DNA of 64,000 nucleotides from an uncultured Verrucomicrobiae bacterium (GTDB lineage Bacteria; Chlamydiota; Chlamydiia; Chlamydiales; Rhabdochlamydiaceae): NCBI GenBank assembly GCA_963718565.1, contig OY970364.1, positions 1,152,001 to 1,216,000 of the forward strand, read 5' to 3'. Shown piece by piece: positions 60,261 to 64,000 of this stretch (position 1 is its first letter; each line of letters starts with the position of its first letter). The notes under the pieces were generated by a model. It saw only the letters and a program-made list of their open reading frames with translations, ran no database searches and was not told where the DNA came from. The position numbers and the translations under genes were made by a program.

Positions 60261-60407
60261 TACCGCGCCCCAGGCGCGGTATATACGGCGCGGTTAGGTT
60301 TGGTGAATTTTGACAGGCTGCGACTTTGTCAAATCGATCGGCCGCTTCGCTTCGATTTTGCTTCGTCTCGCAGAGTCAAAATTCGCCAAACCTAACCGCG
60401 CGCTGTA
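60261..60407. mobile_element. Two stacked TAC-ended palindromic elements
   Basis: TACCGCGC-cccag-GCGCGGTA (60261-60281), TA, then TACGGCGCGGTTAGGTTTGG...CCAAACCTAACCGCGCGCTGTA (60284-60407). Confidence 0.75.
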
Positions 60408-60412
60408 TATTT

Positions 60413-61003
60413 TTACTTTCCAGGATTGGTATAACGCAATCCTTTTAGAAATTTTGTAGTGATAATCAATTTGAACAAATCGCCGATCAGGAATGGCAGC
60501 ATTCCTAAGACAAAGGCCGACTCCCAGCCAGTGTAACGAGAAAGCCATGAGATTCCAAATAGATAAATAACGAGATTACCCAATCCCATCGCTGCAAATG
60601 CTTTAGATGGAGTACGGTCTGCAACACGCTCCATCAAATATCCTGTAATAAAAGCGGCAACCAAATAGCCAAGCAAATACCCACCCGTCGGTCCCGCAAG
60701 GATATGAATTCCCCCCTTTCCTCCAGCAAAAACAGGGAGTCCAATTGCTCCTTGAAAAAGAAAAGCCAATACAGCCATCGCCGCACGTTTACTCCCTAGG
60801 AGACAAGAAACCAGAAGAATGACATGAGCTTGTACAGCTATCGGTACCGGAGTAAAAGGGAGAGGTATCGAAGCGGGGGCACATAGAGCAATGATAATGC
60901 TCGCCCCCACTATTACCGCAACTTGTTTAAGCCAAGGCCGATCCTTAAGCCAAGGCCGATCCCCTGCAGTCTCATTGAGAAGATATGAGTAATTCATTGC
61001 CAT
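60413..61003 (-). CDS. bioY: Biotin transporter BioY
   Basis: PFTPVP, GLPVFAGG, GPTGGYLLG, PFLIGD. Confidence 0.95.
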   Translation of the reverse strand: MAMNYSYLLNETAGDRPWLKDRPWLKQVAVIVGASIIIALCAPASIPLPFTPVPIAVQAHVILLVSCLLGSKRAAMAVLAFLFQGAIGLPVFAGGKGGIHILAGPTGGYLLGYLVAAFITGYLMERVADRTPSKAFAAMGLGNLVIYLFGISWLSRYTGWESAFVLGMLPFLIGDLFKLIITTKFLKGLRYTNPGK

Positions 61004-61116
61004 AAATACCTCCGTAAAAGAACAGATTGAAATTGTGAAGACCGAGGATATCAAGAATGGATTTTTTGTAAGAACAAAAAATTTTGCTCCCTCCAATATA
61101 CCGCGCTCCGTCAGGT

Positions 61117-61578
61117 TTAATTAGGAACTGGAAAACCCATTGCTTTTAGCTGCTGGGGAAATGTTTTCAAGTAAAACGTTGCGACTTTATCGATGGTTGC
61201 ATCCCCATCAATGATTTTCCCAGAAACTTTTTCGGTTAGACTGCATTTAACGAGATTGTCTTTCAAACTCAATGCCGCTCCTCCCATTACAGATGCGCAA
61301 AAAAGAAAGCTTTGCCCCACATCAACGATATGTTTTTTAGTGAACTCTTTTTTCTTGGATTCTTCAACAAAAAAATGACAGTATCCTTTAAGTACTAATG
61401 CATGAATGCCTCGGGCTACTGTTTCGAATGCACTAAAAATCGCAATACTTGTATAAGCGACCTCAGCTGAGATTTGTTTGAATACTCTTTCAGCTTGACT
61501 ATCGTACTTGTTAAGCCAATCTGTGACCTGTTGATAAGCATATCCGCCTACGGATAATGACATAGGAATTTCACGCAT
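61117..61578 (-). CDS. Hypothetical protein
   Basis: 153-aa ORF with AGGAG RBS. Confidence 0.65.
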   Translation of the reverse strand: MREIPMSLSVGGYAYQQVTDWLNKYDSQAERVFKQISAEVAYTSIAIFSAFETVARGIHALVLKGYCHFFVEESKKKEFTKKHIVDVGQSFLFCASVMGGAALSLKDNLVKCSLTEKVSGKIIDGDATIDKVATFYLKTFPQQLKAMGFPVPN

Positions 61579-61653
61579 AAAATTTCTCCTAAATAGTTAA
61601 TTTAAAAACCAACTCCGAAAAGTTTACTATAATTTAGAAGAAAGAATCAAACT

Positions 61654-62457
61654 TTAAAAAAATGCAGTTTCTTGAAGAATTTTTTCCCAATCATTGCAAG
61701 GAGATGCAAAATCAAGTTCGACGTGTGTAGAATAGCCTGGTATTGAAGAAACAAGGATAGCTTCTTCCTCGAATAGTTTGCAAAACTTGTCGTGATCCGC
61801 GGTAATGGTCCTCCCCAAAGAAAAGCAGCGGTGAATATCTATGTGCTTTTGCAATGTTTTGAAAAGCATCGCATAGGTGTTGGTCGTAGAAGGCGTTGTT
61901 CGCCAATGGCAGGAATCTGTGTAGAAGATTTTTGACTTGAGCTCGGTATATTGGGGAAGAAAGTATTTATCCCTGTGATCGAAAAGAGTCACATAATCGA
62001 TGCCGGGCAGGGTAAAAGCTTCACGCAAAACTTTAGGCCAGCCGGAACGATGAGCATAATCGTCTTCAAGAAAATAGATAATCGTCTCAGGAGGAAACTT
62101 TTTACGATAGACATATTCAAGCATGTAGAGAAATGAAGCAGCTTCTGACCCTGCTTTAAATTCGACAACGGGATAAAGGGACTGTCGACAAAGAAAATGA
62201 GCTTCCTGCATGGGATGATAAGTATCGAGCAAGAAAGTGACGTTGATTTTGTCATGTTCAGCAATTGTCGAAAGCAAATTGTTAAGACAATGCTCCCGAC
62301 TGAAATTGCTAAAACGCTTTTTGTGCGCACTGATGGAGGAATAGTGACAGTGGCGGACAAATATTTCGATAGGTCGGCAGCGTTCTTGAAATAGCGCTTC
62401 TGTTAAATTCTCTTTCAAGCTGCCAACCTTACACAGCAGCGATTTTAGTGTTAACAT
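61654..62457 (-). CDS. Glycosyltransferase-like (GT-A) protein
   Basis: IIYFLEDDYAH, YVTLFDH.DKY, HWRTTPSTT.T, SIPGYSTH. Confidence 0.7.
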   Translation of the reverse strand: MLTLKSLLCKVGSLKENLTEALFQERCRPIEIFVRHCHYSSISAHKKRFSNFSREHCLNNLLSTIAEHDKINVTFLLDTYHPMQEAHFLCRQSLYPVVEFKAGSEAASFLYMLEYVYRKKFPPETIIYFLEDDYAHRSGWPKVLREAFTLPGIDYVTLFDHRDKYFLPQYTELKSKIFYTDSCHWRTTPSTTNTYAMLFKTLQKHIDIHRCFSLGRTITADHDKFCKLFEEEAILVSSIPGYSTHVELDFASPCNDWEKILQETAFF

Positions 62458-62703
62458 CGTTTGAATATACTTCAGTATACATTTAGAGGGAATTTTTATA
62501 TAAAAAACCCTCGAAAATTTACAGGTTGTGGGCATGAGGATTCGAGTTGGTTTCTGTAGAGTGTCAAGTCACTGTTTTTGGCACTACAAAACGAGGTTCA
62601 TCAGCTGATCCGCTGCGAGAACTAGGACTCCAAACATCAGGTGACAAGCCACCTTGCAGGCCCCCCAGAAAATCACCCCGTTTTGTTAGTTTTGCAATTC
62701 GCT

Positions 62704-63114
62704 CTATAAATAGCGCAAGAATTCTTGCAAAATATGGCGGGCTTCTCGAAAGGTGAGTTGCTGGAGAGCTTCGGGAATTGTCAACCATTTGGCTTCTCGG
62801 ATTTCTTCTTCCTGAAGCTGTAGAGTTCCCTGAACAAGGGCAGGAAAATACTGCACTGTTTTAACAGTGAATTGTTTTTTTCTCCTGAACTGATATTGCT
62901 CAATTAACGGGTGTTGGCGCAGAGTATGTGTGACGACAAGCCCTGTCTCTTCTTTCAGCTCGCGCGTCGCAGCTTCCAGAGGGGTTTCTCCAGGGTTGGC
63001 CTTTCCTTTTGGAAATCCCCAGTGATTGCCCTCGCGGTGCAAGATCAAAAGAACTTTCCATGTTCCTTTCTCATTTAAGAAAGGGACGATTCCAAATGAC
63101 TTCACTTTGATCAT
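62704..63114 (-). CDS. NUDIX hydrolase (Ap4A hydrolase-like)
   Basis: WGFPKG...GE...AATRELKEETG Nudix box. Confidence 0.92.
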   Translation of the reverse strand: MIKVKSFGIVPFLNEKGTWKVLLILHREGNHWGFPKGKANPGETPLEAATRELKEETGLVVTHTLRQHPLIEQYQFRRKKQFTVKTVQYFPALVQGTLQLQEEEIREAKWLTIPEALQQLTFREARHILQEFLRYL

Positions 63115-63145
63115 CGATACTACTAAAATGAACCCAAAACTCAGG

Positions 63146-64000
63146 TTACTGATGATAGGGCGCAAAAATCAATGACGAATTATGACCGCCAAATCCAAAT
63201 GAATTGCTTAACGCTGCGGTCACTTGATGCGGCTTAGCTGTGTGAGGAACGACATCGATCTCTGCCAATTCTTCTTCCGGCTCATCGAGATTGATTGTCG
63301 GATGCAGCATTCCTGTTTCGATCGCCTTGATCGTCGCTATCGCTTCGATACCGCCTGCTGCGCCTAAGCAGTGACCGATCATCGATTTAGTCGCATTCAT
63401 TTTGACATTGCGAATGTGAGGGCCAAATACTTTTTTAATCGCACGGACTTCACATAGGTCCCCTACAAGTGTAGAAGTTGCATGTGCATTGATATAATTA
63501 ATGTGCTCTTTAGAGATTCCGGCGTCTTTAATTGCGTTTTCTACACATAGCCCAACGCCGAGACCATCATCACGCGGGTCTGTCATATGGTGAGCATCAC
63601 AAGTAATTCCACCGCCCAGATACTCGGCGATGATCGGCGCTCCACGGGCAAGCGCATGCTCAAGACTTTCTAAGAGGAGTACTCCAGCGCCTTCCCCTAT
63701 CACAAACCCATCCCTTTTTTTATCCCAAGGACGAGATGCTCTTTGAGGCTCATCATTGCGCTCCGACAAGGCTTTACAAGCGACGAATCCCGCAACACCA
63801 ATGGGATTAATGGGCGATTCCGTTCCCCCACAAAGTATCAGATCTGCCTCGCCACGTCGGATATGTTGCGCTGCTGAATAAATGCAATAGTTAGAGGTCG
63901 CGCAAGCTGTCGAAATCGAATAATTGGGGCCCATGAAACCAAGATCGATGGCCAAGAGCGCACCACCCATATTCGTAATAATGAAGGGCACAAAAAATGG
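63146..64000 (-). CDS. fabF: Beta-ketoacyl-ACP synthase II, 3' part
   Basis: TACATS, NAHATST, KSMIGH, NSFGFGG. Confidence 0.96.
   Translation of the reverse strand, partial: PFFVPFIITNMGGALLAIDLGFMGPNYSISTACATSNYCIYSAAQHIRRGEADLILCGGTESPINPIGVAGFVACKALSERNDEPQRASRPWDKKRDGFVIGEGAGVLLLESLEHALARGAPIIAEYLGGGITCDAHHMTDPRDDGLGVGLCVENAIKDAGISKEHINYINAHATSTLVGDLCEVRAIKKVFGPHIRNVKMNATKSMIGHCLGAAGGIEAIATIKAIETGMLHPTINLDEPEEELAEIDVVPHTAKPHQVTAALSNSFGFGGHNSSLIFAPYHQ

Noticed and set aside
62486..62704. Complete GAGGG-family MITE
   Set aside because: Only the right end matches well, the flanks differ (TTTA/TATA) and the interior is unrelated; treated as a degenerate end

Overview
64-kb chromosomal segment of an environmental Chlamydiae bacterium, inferred from the class Ic nrdAB, SWIB protein, Lpg1974/MOMP-like porin and chlamydial-type housekeeping genes. 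Core genes include nrdB, an M16 peptidase, htrA, sucCD, ftsY, priA, kdpFABC, hemB, lysS, cysS, aas, bioY and fabF. They are interspersed with two IS3 copies (one carrying a nested IS701-like element), an ISAs1, a decayed IS607/TnpB, and a dense set of non-autonomous palindromic elements (MITEs) from at least six families. Highlights: (i) a secreted TPR-plus-nuclease-like polymorphic toxin gene broken by a MITE and an IS3, followed by an intact, translationally coupled immunity-like gene with two copies of one domain; (ii) a GAGGG...CCCTC MITE family whose complete copies (20, 182, 257 bp plus 4-bp TSD) are all multiples of three and insert in-frame into genes, like Rickettsia palindromic elements; (iii) a Cys-rich lipoprotein coupled to a VKOR-like/thioredoxin fusion; (iv) candidate U-box-like and PLP-fold proteins. 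No rRNA, tRNA or CRISPR array was found. All family assignments come from motif recognition by eye, not database searches.
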